Origin: Convolutriloba macropyga
Taxonomy: Eukaryota
DNA: 64,000 bases
Direction: 5' to 3'
Assembly: GCF_964194025.1 (NCBI RefSeq)
Contig: NC_134474.1
Span: 62,062,001 to 62,126,000, forward strand
Position 1 is the stretch's first letter. Each line of letters begins with the position of its first letter. Positions 1 through 13,737 of the stretch are shown in pieces. A model generated the notes under the pieces. The model searched no databases and was not told the origin of the DNA. It was given only the letters and a program-made list of their open reading frames with translations. The position numbers and the translations under genes were made by a program.

Positions 1-2355
1 AAAGTGAAGACTTCTATCGCATTGTTTCAAAGCATTCGTTTTTTATGTAGCCTACAAATTCTGCTCAAAATAGTAGACAACGTAAAAAGCTATTGTTTGA
101 AAAAACACCAAAAACTGACAAACAAAAAGCAAGATCAGAAAAACATAATTTTGGCTGAATTGAAGTGCTTTTTCAGAGAGCAATCAATTAAGTGAGTATA
201 GATTGCCTGGATCAAATTTTATTTGCTGTCAATTGATAGAACAGAAATATTTGAAAATTTTTGCAAAATAAAATTGAGCAAATAAAGTTAAGGAAAAAGA
301 AAGTTTTAAAAGAAAAGAACGATTCGATTTTGCTTGCAGTGGTTATAGCTAAAACAAAACTTTATAGAATGACAAAATTATATTGCTCCAGAGCAAAAAT
401 AGAAATAAACTTATTGAGGAAGAATAATGTGATATGGAGAGGTTAGACGACTAACAAGTGGTGAAAAATGATATCAAATCGGTTATACTGATAAAATTAA
501 GAGATGTGGCAAAAGCTCAAAATGCCATTCAACAATGTAAATTTGTTAATGTGTTCAGATTTGTAAGGGTTTGGTTTTTGTGGCAACACTGGACTTTATG
601 TAGTCAAAATATTTGGATTTGAAGCCAAAACTGTCTTAAAGTTTGCTAGCTTTCCACAAATATGTTTCAAAGTTTGCTAGTATTTACATTTTTCAGGTAA
701 TTTTTTCAAACGCATCTTTAAAAAGCAAACATCAAGAGTGATAATAATTTGGAGGCAGAAATTTTATTCGACACCAGCTTTGCTAGACAGTTAGGTAGAG
801 TATTTTTTTGTTTATCAAAAAAATGTCTTCAGAATTTGTTCAACTCGCAATTTAGGTGTAAAGGCTAAGTAAGTTATAAGTAAATGGCAGAACAATGAGT
901 ATAAGTTTATTTATTCATCAGTGGGGTGGGTAATGATAGAGTGAGATTGGTAATAGTGGTACATAGTTAATGAGGCAAGGGGAAGGAGGCGAGGATTTTA
1001 AGCAGGTGATTAATGGGTCATTGAAGACGGGGGAAGGAAAAAAGTGACAAAATGAGGGGGTAATTGTTCCAATTATAGCACCCCAATCACAACCACTACC
1101 ACAAATACTACACTACTAACTATCACGCATTGAAAATTATAGGTAACTAACTTAACTTAGTTACCTAACTGCTTCTTATAACTGCCATTTCACCGTTTTT
1201 TAATATAATAAAAGGCGAAAATGTAACTCATCGCCGTTTTGAGTAATTGTATACAGGTCGCCGTTTGTGTAAAAACTATCTTCTCACGCGAGTAATCACG
1301 ACATATTTATTCACATGCAATCATTTAAAAGGGTAGGCAGGTATTGTTGCATTTCTTAAGCTAATCAGGTTTCGTTCGAAAGAGAAAAAAAATAGAAAAA
1401 TAAACCCTGAATAATGAAATAATGGCGGAATGATTGTATAGGAGACAGAAAAAAGCTATGGAAGTTTACCTTTTTTGGTATGCGTGGGGAGGGGGTGGGG
1501 GAGGGGGGGGTGTTAAAAAGTAAACAAAATAGGCTAAATATTGGGTAAGGCATTGTGTATTGTGTACGCGTGTATAGTACCTGATTTGAAAATGGGAGTT
1601 ATATCGCGTAAATGAGAAAGTTGAAGGATGAAAATCAGCAAAAATGATTAAGAGATGGGAAAAATTGAATGGAAAAATGACGTTTTCTCTGCCGTTACGG
1701 TCCTTGAATAGAATAAGGGGGGTTGGTGTTCGGGGGTAATTTAAGTTGGGCACAGAGCAGGAAGGCTGTTGTAATCAGAGTAAATTTATTGGAGTTGAGA
1801 TTAAGTTTAGAAAGGGAGAGAGATATAGAAATGAAATTTATTTTAGATGTTGATTGTTTGCTGATAAAATAACCCCCTCCCCCCCCCCGCCCCTCGTTCA
1901 TAAAAAACACAACCCCTCCCGCTCCCGATTGCATCACTTTGTGCATTCATTCAAAACCGTTTTCTTGCCACCCTAACACTAAAAGTACTTTTTCAAAATC
2001 ACCTCAGAATAAGCCTGACAAACAAGCATTTATGTTTCAATCAACGAAAAATATAAAGGCGGACATTCAAATTACCGAAGAAAGAATTTAATCGAAATTG
2101 AATTGTGGTAGTAGAAATTTCACATATCTTCAGCAAAAGTTGCAAGCTTGACAGATAGCTGTTTATATTTTTAAATAAGTATTTCCGAAAGAAAGTTTCA
2201 AGCTGAAAAACTCAAATCATCAGGCATTAAATCAAAATATCATTACTTTGACAAATTCGAGAATTAAAAAAAAAACAAAAAAACAATTAAAAGTTTCTTA
2301 GACAAATTATTATGAATTAATTAATTGACTTGAATTTTGGAAAGTGTATTTATTT

Positions 2356-2785
2356 GGTTACGTGACAATTTACCCAATTCCATTTTACCCAATGCCATTT
2401 TACCCGACGCCATTTTACCCAACCTGCCATTTTACCCAATGCCATTTTACCCAATGCCATTTTACCCAATACCAACTTACCCAATGCTCTTTGATCTTTT
2501 CGTTCAATTATCCGATAACAAATTAGCAGTCGCTGTTAGAAGGATGATTTAAAATATTTGTGGACAATATAATCCCATGTTCGGTTGTGATAGTTTCATA
2601 TCAAGTCCCACGGGCCATTTATATTATAGTCGGCTAAATAGTCGTTCTGGTTAATTTAGCAAGGAGGTAAATTGGGTAAGTTGGCATTGGGTAAAATGGC
2701 ATTGGGTAAAATGGCAGGTTGGGTAAAATGGCATTGGGTATAATGGCAGTGGGTAAAATGGAATTGGGTAAATTGTCCTGACACC
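2356..2785. mobile_element. Foldback-type MITE with tandem-repeat TIRs and 8-bp TSD (Mutator/Foldback- or Merlin-like)
   Basis: Left arm GGTTACGTGACAATTTACCCAAT followed by ~15-bp units GCCATTTTACCCAAT. Right arm is the reverse complement, ending ...AATTGTCCTGACACC. Exact direct repeat ATTTATTT at 2348-2355 and 2786-2793. Confidence 0.9.
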
Positions 2786-4309
2786 ATTTATTTATGATGC
2801 ACCATATTGCAAACGTAGACAGAGCTTCCGATCACAGGCTTTCTTTTTAATGTAAAAACAACATATGCTTTCTATAAGCTTTGTTTTGTTTGCATGCAAA
2901 AGTCTTCCAAAAATTGATTTAAAAGATCGAAGTGAAAATAATTAATTTCTTTCAGTTGAATTTTTCGAATATTCCATTTCTTTCTCGTGAACCGACCTTT
3001 CTTTTCAAAAATGCTTTGCTTTTTCACGTCAAGGTAGGCTTATACATCATATTCGTCTAATTGATCTAGTCGGAAAAAAAAGCAGGAAGAACAAGAAATG
3101 TTTGAAAAATTGGGAAAGCATTTTGATAGTGAATGGGCGAGGGCTGGTTGGTGGGAAAGTGCAGACAAGGAGAGAGTGAACAACCACTTCGCAACTGGGA
3201 ATCTACTCCCCAAATTGCACCATGGATGACCTTAAGAGTGGAAGCGGAGGAGTAGGAGGACAGGAAAAACAACAAAAATAAACAACATCAACCAAAATAA
3301 ACAACCGCAATCAGTTAATGCTGCGTTAAATAGCACCTAAATTCACTACCAGCTCCATTGTTTAGAAATTGATTTGAAGATTGAACTTCAGAGGAATAGA
3401 ATTTCCTGAAAATTATGCAAGAAATAATATAAATTTTTAACCATTTCTGCTCTAAATCTTTGTAGAATAATCCGATGAAATTATAAAAGAACAGCTCCGA
3501 AGTTTTCAACGTCCAAAAATTTCTTTTGAAAAATAGTGGATTCGTTTCAGAATTATAACTCGATACTACAGAGAATTATAGGATGGTAAAATGAATATTT
3601 GATCCTGTTGATAAGTGGGGGGGGGGGGGTTGGACTCCGCTTAGCAGACTTCCAATACTGATTTGTTCCAAGTTCAATTGCTCAAATTTAAAAAAAATTA
3701 CTTGAGAAAAAAATATAAAATCTTAAGATTTCTGATGATTTGAGGCAGCAGCAGTTTAATTCTCCATGAAGTCAAAGAAAGCACGCAAATATCTTCAAAT
3801 AAAATGATACCCTTGGCACTCTTTGTTGGCCGTTTTCAAATGCTCATAAGTTTCTGATTTTTGTGCCGGATCGCGGCAAGTTTCGATGTTTTGTTTACTC
3901 AACAAACTTCGAAATTGGCTATTTTTTGGCTGAACATTATCAAATTTTAAGTATGCCAGGAGCAGGCAAACCTAATAGCCATTTAACGAAAATTAGTACC
4001 ATTCATCAACTCCCCTGGAGATCAACACGGTAAAATATACCAAGTATATATAACTCTTGAATATCACTCTAAATCTTAAATGTTTTCATGGAATCGTATC
4101 AAACATACTAAGATCAAATGTGAAATCTCAGTGATTAAAAATGATTAAGCACGAGCATGAAAATGACCCATTATTAACTGGACTCCTTTAGAGACAACAC
4201 TGCCATAAAAACAACCATATGTATACTCAACAATGACGACACAACGCTCCAACATGTACATTACGTCACCAATCCTAATTTTTGAGCAATTTAATTTGCT
4301 TGCAAGTGT

Positions 4310-4820
4310 CAGCATTGTCCGCTAGCCCAAGTTGAAAGGCTGACAGATTTTTGTCTGTATTTTCCGGAAATTTGTCACTAAAATCCGCGCTAAGGTGACT
4401 ACTTTCCGCAATTTGAACGTCACTGAAATGTGCAGTTTTTGTGTCTTTGTCCAAGTGGCTATTGTCCGCAACTTTAATGTCACTATCATCAGCAACTTCA
4501 TTATCCTAAATTTTAAGGTCACTATTAACACTGTAAGATGAGCTAAAAAGAAGTAAATATAGCGGTGTGTTAATTGCAACTCATTCTTTCAATTCTTTGA
4601 TCTACATGTAAAAATTACGGAAACGGCTGACAAAACTCCGTCATTGCCTTTGTTATTTATAAAATAATCAGCGGCCGCAATCCAAATTCAGAGCAAAGCG
4701 TAAAATTGAAAATAAAGAAAGCATGCGCAAGCTCAAAAAAGCAGTCATTGATGACAATACCCCTGCTCCCAAATTGCGGACATTGGTTTCACAAAAACGA
4801 GATTTTTAAGTGACCAGTGA
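4310..4820. repeat. Degenerate short-unit repeat, possibly an old foldback MITE
   Basis: Several degenerate TCCGCAA(T/C)TT..GTCACTA units at 4310-4530 and a reverse-oriented AAATTGCGGACA near 4771. Ends are not definable. Confidence 0.3.
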
Positions 4821-7800
4821 ATGAATTTTGTAAGGATCGTTTGCAATCTATATGCCACTGTTGTCCACAACCTAACCACATTTCTTCTAAGTGGCAAGCT
4901 GTGACAAAATGTCTTCACTCAATTCCACAAGCGCTGACGCTGCTGAATTCCTAGAGTTGCCGACGTAATGTAGAGAATTTGTTATTTAAGTTACATTCCA
5001 GTCACTCGGTGGAGTGCAATTGTTCTACAAGCAATGTAATAATGCCAAGTTTCGTTAATTTGGCAGCCAGTTTTAATTTTTTCCAATTTTGAGGGAAATT
5101 TCTGTTTTATTTTAGCACCACCATCGTAAAAGAGGTACTCTGAAAAATGATTTTTTTGCAATTTTTGGTTACATTACTTTTAATCGAATTACAGTTTTCT
5201 ATTCGTTTCGATTATTTAAGATAAAACTGATTGAATTGAAGCTTTATTTTCATCCTACTCCAAGTCAACCTATCATGAGATGCATGAGAAAAATGAACTA
5301 ACTAACTTTTCTCTCGATTAGCAGTTCCAAAAAAGAAAGGATGTGAAAAATACAAGAAGAGATTGAATATCGGAAGTGAAAGAGCATTCAAAAATAAGAA
5401 ATCTTGTTCTAAAAAATTTTTAAAATTTTTTATGCTAAACAAAGTTCCCATGACAAATCGAAAAAACAGTTCAGTCAACCATTTAAACCAGAATGCGACC
5501 CCAATCAGAAACTTATTGTTACTGAAGTCAATGAAATCTGCTTGGGAAAAAACAGGCTCTCTTTAAAATTATTCACTTCATTTTAACAATTTTTTATGTA
5601 AACAAAAGTTACACCAAAAGGATGAAAAAATAATAGATAATACAGCTCTGCTTCAATTTTTTAAACACTTTGCTGCTTTTCGGGACAAGATTTTCTTTTT
5701 CGTCAAAATCGTCACAAAATATGACTTCCATTGTGTAATTTCTTGGTTTTTAATTCCCTTATTTCAAGAGAAACGTTCTTACAGTGGGCACAGCACTTGG
5801 AAGCAATCTTAGAAGCTTAGGTTGTTTAATCTTCAGGTCGCTAATTCTTTTTCTAGACAATTTTTTAAATTTCATATCAACTGTGATGGCGATAACAACT
5901 GTTGGATAGTAAATCGAATCAATAAATTGTTTCCTCGCAAAACATATGGAGTTCTTAAAAGGTTTTAAGGAGTAGCGAAATTAAACTTTGGTATAAAAGT
6001 ATTTTTTTTATCAGATAATAGTCCGAGACGAGGTCGCATCAGTTTTTCAACACTTAAACAGGACAGAAATTGAAAAACACGCTCTCAGAACTTTTTCTAA
6101 AGATTTTATGAGATAACCATTCAAATCTAGTAGTTTGGCAATAATTTTTTTCAGTTGTTTCTAATTGAGCGGATCAGTATAGCTAAGTTTAAAAAAATCA
6201 ATTTCTTCGAAGCGTCTAAACAATCTAGACGCATTTTCGAGAGCTGATACATTCAAGCACGTTGAAAATTTTTGTGTGTTTCTGAAGAATTTGGTGGTCA
6301 AACATTCGTGTTCGAAACTGACATACAAACCTAATGATTCTGCTGTCTTTATTTTCTGAAGAGTCATCTGTCAAAGTAAATGCGTCATAAATTCCTCAAA
6401 TGAATACTTATAAATTCATTCAGCTGTATAAGGAGCTGAGAAAACAAAGTTTATAAATCTGCCTAAATGACCTCAATAAAGATAAATGCAGGTAAAAGTG
6501 TAGCTTGCAGCAATTTAACCCAAAGTGTAAAATCAATTCAAGATATCAGGTTACACTATCGGTCAAATGCTTTGCCCTTTTGAACGGTAAAATCTTTTCA
6601 CAGTAAAGTGAGAAAGAATTGAAATGAGAAGTAAAATTGATAACCTAAACTGAAAAAAAAATCTTTTTAGGTCACTTTTTTAACCCTCTTCTTTCCAGCA
6701 TTTGTGTTGTCACCTTGGGCACGTCACTTTGGTTTTGTTCAGCCGGTACTTCTGGACAGGGGTTTAAAGAAAAAGAGGGAAAAATAGGAGTAGGGAAACC
6801 CCTTGTGGCCTGATAATCTGAAGTGGTTATGTCTAGATTTGTAAAAATGTAGCGGAGGGCCGTTTATTTTGAGAGATATATGTTTGAGGGGTGTTATGTA
6901 CGAAAGGGGTTGGCATAAATGTACCTGATAGATATATGTGTAGTTGCTTGTCTTCTGTATCAACAAAAAGACATATTCCAAACAAGCATCAGGAGGGAGG
7001 GAATAGTACGTAAGTTGTGACCAATTCGCAGAAAGTAGTGTTCGGCCGAAATATGACAACAAGTATAACTTCTGTTCTCTGAGCAATGAAAGAGCTCAGA
7101 CAATCATAATCCCGATGTTATTGGTACATTTTGATCATACAGGCCCCATTATATTCCAATATAATTAACAATTTTGTTAAATTTGGCCAAAGTTTTTAAG
7201 AGTTTTAAAATCAAAAGTTAGAAAAGCTATTCAAACAAGTTAATAAAAAATGAATGCGTTTCATTAGGCGTGTAATTTTCTATGCTTAGCCTAAGAATTA
7301 TTTTTTCTTTTTTGAAATAATTTTTGGCCATGCTTTAAAACATTTTATAAAATAGCGTATTTTGAAGTAAGGTCGAGAAATATTTCAAAATTTTTGGATG
7401 CAAGATCAAGTAATGTTTGAACTCAAAATCCTTTATGACAAACTGATTCGGAAAGATTAAAAAGAATTCTAAAAAATTTTTCATTGATTTTAAAATATTT
7501 GTTATTACACGCATTTTTGATTTGAAAGTAACTCACTCGCTGCCGTTATTTCTGATAGCGATCGCTGAAAAAAATTCCGGTTTCAGAACCTTTATGTGAC
7601 CTAAAATTTTGAGAAGACTTCATAAGCCCCGATAAGCAGGTGGGGTGGGGTTGTAGTTGCTACCACTCAATTTTTCCTTTCATTAATCTATTTCTACAAA
7701 TTTTCCAGAGAGTTTTAACGTTTCGAATGAAGATGCTGTTTTTTTTAAGTTTATCTGAAAATGAAAACTTTTCCTTTGACTAATTGTTCATCCATGCTTG

Positions 7801-8360
7801 TCTGTTTGTAATAACCATTCGTCTATTTGAACATAATTCTCCATTTTCCACCAATTCCGATTCAGTTCTCTTATATCCTGCTTTTCCCATTTCCACCATC
7901 TCAACAACAAACAAGACCAACTACAAGCGGCGCGCAAGGAGTCAAACAAGCAAACAAACAAGCGGGCTAAAAAGATGGAGTGTAAACAAACAAGCAAACA
8001 AATAAACAAGAATCCAAGGTGCACAGGATGAGGGGGTAGAGGTATTACGGAGGCATGGTATTATTACCCCACAGAGTCAAACATTCTGTAACTATGAAGA
8101 AATTCGTCGCAATAATTTCTCCATTGATCGTTTGGACAAAAATGTGACTTTTGGACAAAAAGGCGGGTGAAAAACTGTACTCATTTGACAGTAATCTTTG
8201 CTCAAAACAGGATTCAGTTCCATTTTCAAAATAAGTTGGAGATGGAAACTTTAAATAATGGTTTAATTATCAGGTCGTACAAAAACTCTTTTAAAAACGC
8301 TGCTCTGATCGCTGAAATTTTTTAAATAGTTTCTGTTAGATGGGGCAATTCCCGATAGAG

Positions 8361-10481
8361 TTTAAAATAAGAGCGTCAATCGTTGTGTTGAATCTTTTGT
8401 CGTTGCCCTCGGCAGTTTCTGTTGATTAAAAGTTTAGGGAATTTGTTTTTGGTTAGTTTGACTATTTGTTTTTTATTGCAATTAGATTTTAAACAGTCTT
8501 CCATTTTTAGAAACGGTTTTTAGATTATAAGGATATATTAATTTATTGTTTTCCAAAAGAAATCAAATTTAACCTCTATCGGCCCTAAAATTATTTAAAA
8601 GTAATTATTCTGCTTTGATAAAAGTGTAAGGGTAGCAAAAGTTTCATATTTTGCAATTTTTCATAGAAATTGTATTGTATTAAAACTTTGGTAGGTTTGC
8701 TTTTAGAACTAAAACCTAATGGTATTTTAAAAAAAGTCCGAAGCAGCTTATGACTCCCTAAATTTCTAAACTGATTTTCGCTCTAAACAACTTGGGAAAA
8801 GATATATTTCATTAAGTCATCAATAGTACCGTCTCTCTGTTTTTTTCTCATTCTATTTGGCGCTCAAATAACACAAAAAAAAATTGCAAGCAGGAAAGAG
8901 CTCAACTTGAAAAAAAATGAAGTGGCCATCGTTTATAATTTTTAGCCATCGCAGTTGACGCTATTGCAGTTGACGCTACTATAATGTCATTTAAGATTGC
9001 AAATCGCGGTTTAAAATAGTTTCTCCCCTTTCCAAATATGGTTTACGTTGTTGATTGCGCGCAACTGGTAGCAAGTTGTTTTCCCTAAGTAGTAATTTTT
9101 CCTCCGAAGCAAGTTGAGTTGAGTTAAGGTATCAGAGGACGCAGGACGAATGTAGATCACATAAACGCACGGTTTTTGTAAAATCATACAAATTGGCATG
9201 AGCAATTACAATATACTCATGATTTCAAAACTTGTTATATTTATTTAAAGATTATGATGTTTAGTTCAAAAACCGCGAATGAAACAGCTTTCAATAAATA
9301 ATAGTTTTAGTTTTTAGTTTTGTTTAATTTTTCTTGAAATGTTGCGTGTAACAATTCAAATTTTTTTTCTGTGAGGCGCTGCTAGATAATCGTATCAGTT
9401 GCTAACAACTGATACGAATATTTAACAGCTCCTCACAAAACAATATTTTGAGTTGTTACACGCCTCATTTCAAGAAAAATTAACCAAAACTAAAAACTAA
9501 AAATATTATTCATCGAAAACTGTATAATTCGCGGTTTTTGAAGTAAAAATCTTAATCTTTAAATCATTATAATAAATTTTGCAATCTTAGTATATTGTAT
9601 TGGCTCATGCCAATTTGTTTGATTTTACAAAATATGTGTGCTTATGTCATATACATTCTTCCTGCGTCCTTTGAAACCATAACTCAACTCAACTCGCTTT
9701 GGAGGAAAAATTCCGAGGTTGGGAAAAGAACTTGCTACCAGTTGCGCAAAATCATCAACGTAAACCATATTTGAAAAGGGGAGAAAAATTGAAACCGCAA
9801 GTTGCAAGTTTAAATGATATTATTGTAGCGTCAACTGCAAACTTCAAATGTGACGATGGCTGAAACTTGTAAACGATGGCCCCATTATAAAGTTTTTCAA
9901 GATATTTTTTACTCATGATCAAGATAAGATTCGATTGCTGAGCTCTGTGCTGCTTGGAATAAATTTTTTGTGTTATATGACTGCCAAATAGAATGAGAAA
10001 ATAAACAGAGAGGCGGTACTATCGATGACTTACAGGAAATACAGCTTTTCCCAAGTTGTTAGCGCGAAAATCAGTTTCGAAAATTAGGGAGTTATAAGCT
10101 CCTTCGGACTTTTCTAAAATACCATTAGGTTTTAGTTCTAAAAACAAACCTTCCAAATTTTTAATACACTACAATTTCTGTGAAAGAGTGCAATATCTGA
10201 AAGTTTTGCTGCCCATAAACCTTTATCAATGCGGAAAAATTTCTTTAAACTAATTTTAGGGCTGATAAAGATTAATTTTGGTTTCTTTTGGAAAAAATAA
10301 AACAAAATATCCTTATAATCCAAAAATCTTTTGTAAAAATTGGAAGACTCTTTAATATCTAATTGCTATAAAAACAAATACTCAAACTAGCCGAAAACAA
10401 ATTTCCGAAACTTTTAATAAACAGAAACTGCCGAGGGCAACGACAAAGGCTCAACATAACGACTGAAGCGCTGATTTTATA
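8361..10481. repeat. ~2.1-kb imperfect palindrome (two ~1.05-kb arms, ~4-nt loop); foldback element
   Basis: Centre CGTATCAGTTG-ctaa-CAACTGATACG at 9391-9416. Arms are colinear, e.g. TTGTCGTTGCCCTCGGCAGTTTCTGT (~8397) vs ACAGAAACTGCCGAGGGCAACGACAA (~10421), and TGATTGCGCGCAACTGGTAGCAAG vs CTTGCTACCAGTTGCGCAAAATCA. Confidence 0.92.
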
Positions 10482-11368
10482 CACGCGTGAAAAACAAATT
10501 TTGAACAAAATGGTAAATTAACGAAAAAATTTGCCAGCGTAACTATAGCGTTATTTCAATGGTGACATCAATAGAACGATTGCACCCGCAGGTTACGAGT
10601 ATATTACAATATTCATCAAAGGACCTGAGGATGAAATGTTTGTACAAGGACAAACTTAACAGGAAAATGAATAAAAAATTTTGTATTGATCTTTTCTCGA
10701 GAAAGCCTAAAATTGGTTTGAGTTATCAGCCTTCTCTATCCGGGTTAAGAAACTTGAAACATTTCCTACCTCACTGAAAGGTAGATTCAGAGACTAAAAC
10801 TGAGTGAGCCACAAAACAAGATGACCTTATATGTGAACATTCTAAAATTGAAACAGAGGAGATGCATCAACAGCGAAAGATAAGATACGAGTAATAAAAG
10901 CTGACATCAAAATTAAAGTTTGGATAAACATAATCCGACAAAATTTTTCATTAGATTGTTTTCTCAGTTTATCATTTCAAAATTATTTTGAAAAATTTTT
11001 CGTTGAAAAAGTTTCATCAATTAAATCCGGAAGAATATTTGCTTGCGCAATAAATGTGAACTTATTTCAACATTCAAAAATACAGTACCCGTTGAAATAT
11101 TATTATCACCAATCATTATACTTGCAAAATAGATCAAAGAGAAGCAATTTTAACAAAAAGTATGGAATGGTTAAAATTTGGATATGAGTTTGATTGCATT
11201 GCATAACTGTGTTTTAAATTGTTTTTGCTTTGATGTCACCATATTCAACAATTAACGACTAGACAAGTGCTATCGATCTTCAAAGACTGAACAAACCTAT
11301 TCCCCGAATAATGTTCACAATTCTGGGCGTAAAATTACCGCTGGCAGAAAAAGAAGGTGGCCAAAAAT

Positions 11369-11571
11369 GGATGTTATCAACAATCGCCTCCCTTTTGTTT
11401 CCTAGCAGAGAATTAATCCCCCCTTCTAAACTATACTCATTATTATGTGACATAATTTCCAAACACAACAACGGGCTCAGATAAGTTCTGATTGGTCAGC
11501 AGACTGCCCGATTAAATTATATTGCAGAATCGCCTCCCTTGTAATAGGGGAGGCGATTGTTGAAAAGATCC
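11369..11571. repeat. ~200-bp inverted-repeat element (small MITE or MITE fragment)
   Basis: GGATGTTATCAACAATCGCCTCCC ... GGGAGGCGATTGTTGAAAAGATCC. No clear TSD. Confidence 0.55.
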
Positions 11572-12498
11572 GAAGAAAATTTATGATCCAAAAAGTGTCA
11601 GCTGCATAATTGTGTATACAATTTCAATAAACATTATGTATATATAACAATGACAAAATTTCCAAAAGTGACCAAAATACCCGTTGCCACAATACTCAAT
11701 GGGTTTCATTCTCTTTGGCTTTACGTTCAAAATTTTAGATGGGTCATATTACCTTTCTGTGCGTTGAAATTGCTACCGAAATTACTTACCAACAAACGGT
11801 TTTTGAAATATTGTCTTTGAAAATTTCCCTCGATGGAATTCTGATGATTTTTTGTGCTTTACCGACAAATTACTCAACCTTAGTCGCTTGGAAAAATATG
11901 TTTTACATCAAATTTTGCAAAAGCCTGCAAACCACGCTCAAATCATTTAATTTACGCAGTGAAAAATAATTAATGTTTTCTTTAATTATTTAATAATTAA
12001 TCTTGTCAAAATGGCAGACAATAATTAGCATGATTTATGCTTAAGTGCATCATTAGGATACCACCCACATTCGCTTTTGCATTTTTTCAGGATGCGAATA
12101 ATCTAAAACTTACTAAATTTTATCACAAGAAAACCCGCAAACAGGTCAGGCTAAAAATCAAGCACATATTAAATGAAATTGTCTATAATCTGTCTGTCCA
12201 TTAAGTTCGATTGACCTTTAATTTAATTTCCCTATGAAATAAAATTAAGTACAATCCATTAGTTGAAAAATAAAAAGACTCAAACAATTGGTCATAATTT
12301 CATTATTACTTTATCTGCTAAATAATCGTCTGGCTTTTGCACCCCTAATCAAGCAAAATTTGTTCCGACACCACATTTGCGGGGAAGAAACTATATACTC
12401 AAACGTTTCTTTGTTCGGTCAATTTTCGCTGATCGATTTATTTATTGTATACATTTGTGAGAGATATTATTATAAAAACCCGTCCAGCCGAAAATATA

Positions 12499-13737
12499 CA
12501 CTATGGTACCAAAAAGTTACGTACACCTAAAGATTTAAAAAAAAAACAACTAACATAACAGTTTGAGTTTAAATTTGTTCTCTAATAACGCATCATTACA
12601 CCTCTAGCTTTCTAAGCATCTAGTAGACGGTTTCTATAGTTTTCATGTTTCTCACAACGTGTGCGCCAATTTCATTCCAAATTTCATACTTTTTTTCTTC
12701 CAATTTTTCCCAAAAAACTGTCTCTTCTCGTAATCGTTGCTTCAAAATCGCCCATAAATTTTCAGTCGGATTCAGATCTGAACTGTATGCTGGCCATTTC
12801 AGTACCTTCCACTCGTTTTCTTGGAAGAAATTGCCAATAATCTTCGATTTATGCACATGAGCATTATCTTGTTGAAAATAAGTGTCCAGGAAATGCATTT
12901 TTTCTTCGTAAATTTTCAAAATTTCCAAGTAACCGACAGCGTTTAGCCTGTTTGGACACTTAACAAGCAATTTGCGTCCATCTGATCGTATTGCAACCCA
13001 AAACATTAGTGATCGTTTGTCCGAACTCAAAAATTTTGTGTTTTTTTCAAGAAATCTCGTTCCATTTCTTCGAAAAACTCTAACAATTCCGTCGCTCGAG
13101 ATGCTCACCCTTGTTTCATTAGTAAAAACAACATTCTGACAGAACGAGAACGGCTTCTTGAGCATATTGATCCACCATTTTGAATGAAAACACTTGCTTT
13201 TCTTCTTCAAACTGACTTTTTTTCAGCATTTCTTGAAAAAACGCCATATTTTTTGAGAATTCGTCTAACTGTACCTCTGGAAATTGGCTCGTAGCAAGAA
13301 AATGCGTAATTAGCCACACAGAATGCGTTCCAGTGAGATTTTGGGATCTTTCAAAACATCGGCAACTAACTTTTTTTCTGATTTTTTTGACAATTATGGA
13401 GGTCTTCCGATCGATTTTTGGGCCTCGAAACTGTTGTTTTTCAGGTAACGTTTGTCTGCATACTGTACACTGGATCTTGATTTCAAGTTGAATCGCTTTG
13501 AAATTTTAGACCATGAAAATCCGACATCTCGTAGCGTAACAACTTGGCAAACGGTAAAAGAACAAAGCGGTTTAACCATCTTTTCTGTTTAAGAGGAGAA
13601 AGTGAGAATGAAATTTCTCTTAAAACTTCTAAATTTAAAACCTTTTTTCACGCCTTAGCGCAAATTATGCTTACGAAGCACGAACCATGCTTTGAAAGCA
13701 GAAATCATGCTGTACGTAAATTTTTGGTACCATACTG
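12499..13737 (-). mobile_element. Tc1-family (DD34E) DNA transposon, full length, decayed
   Basis: 27-bp TIRs CACTATGGTACCAAAAAGTTACGTACA / CAGTATGGTACCAAAAATTTACGTACA, with TA duplicated at 12497-12498 and 13738-13739. Internal transposase on the minus strand. Confidence 0.95.
12620..13579 (-). pseudogene. Tc1 transposase, frameshifted; first catalytic Asp changed to Asn
   Basis: N-terminal HTH piece ending ...SIGRPP (13394-13579). Catalytic motifs VVFTNET, FQQDNA, WPAYSSDLNPTENLW, with 34 residues between the second D and E. Confidence 0.93.

Noticed and set aside
1140-1290. TCGCCGTTT repeats with a TAAC-like microsatellite, possible half-MITE
   Set aside because: No partner terminus or TSD found.
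2337-2552. ORFs with repeated PFYPM / CHFTQ / ILPNA peptides
   Set aside because: Translation of the 15-bp MITE repeat, not a gene.
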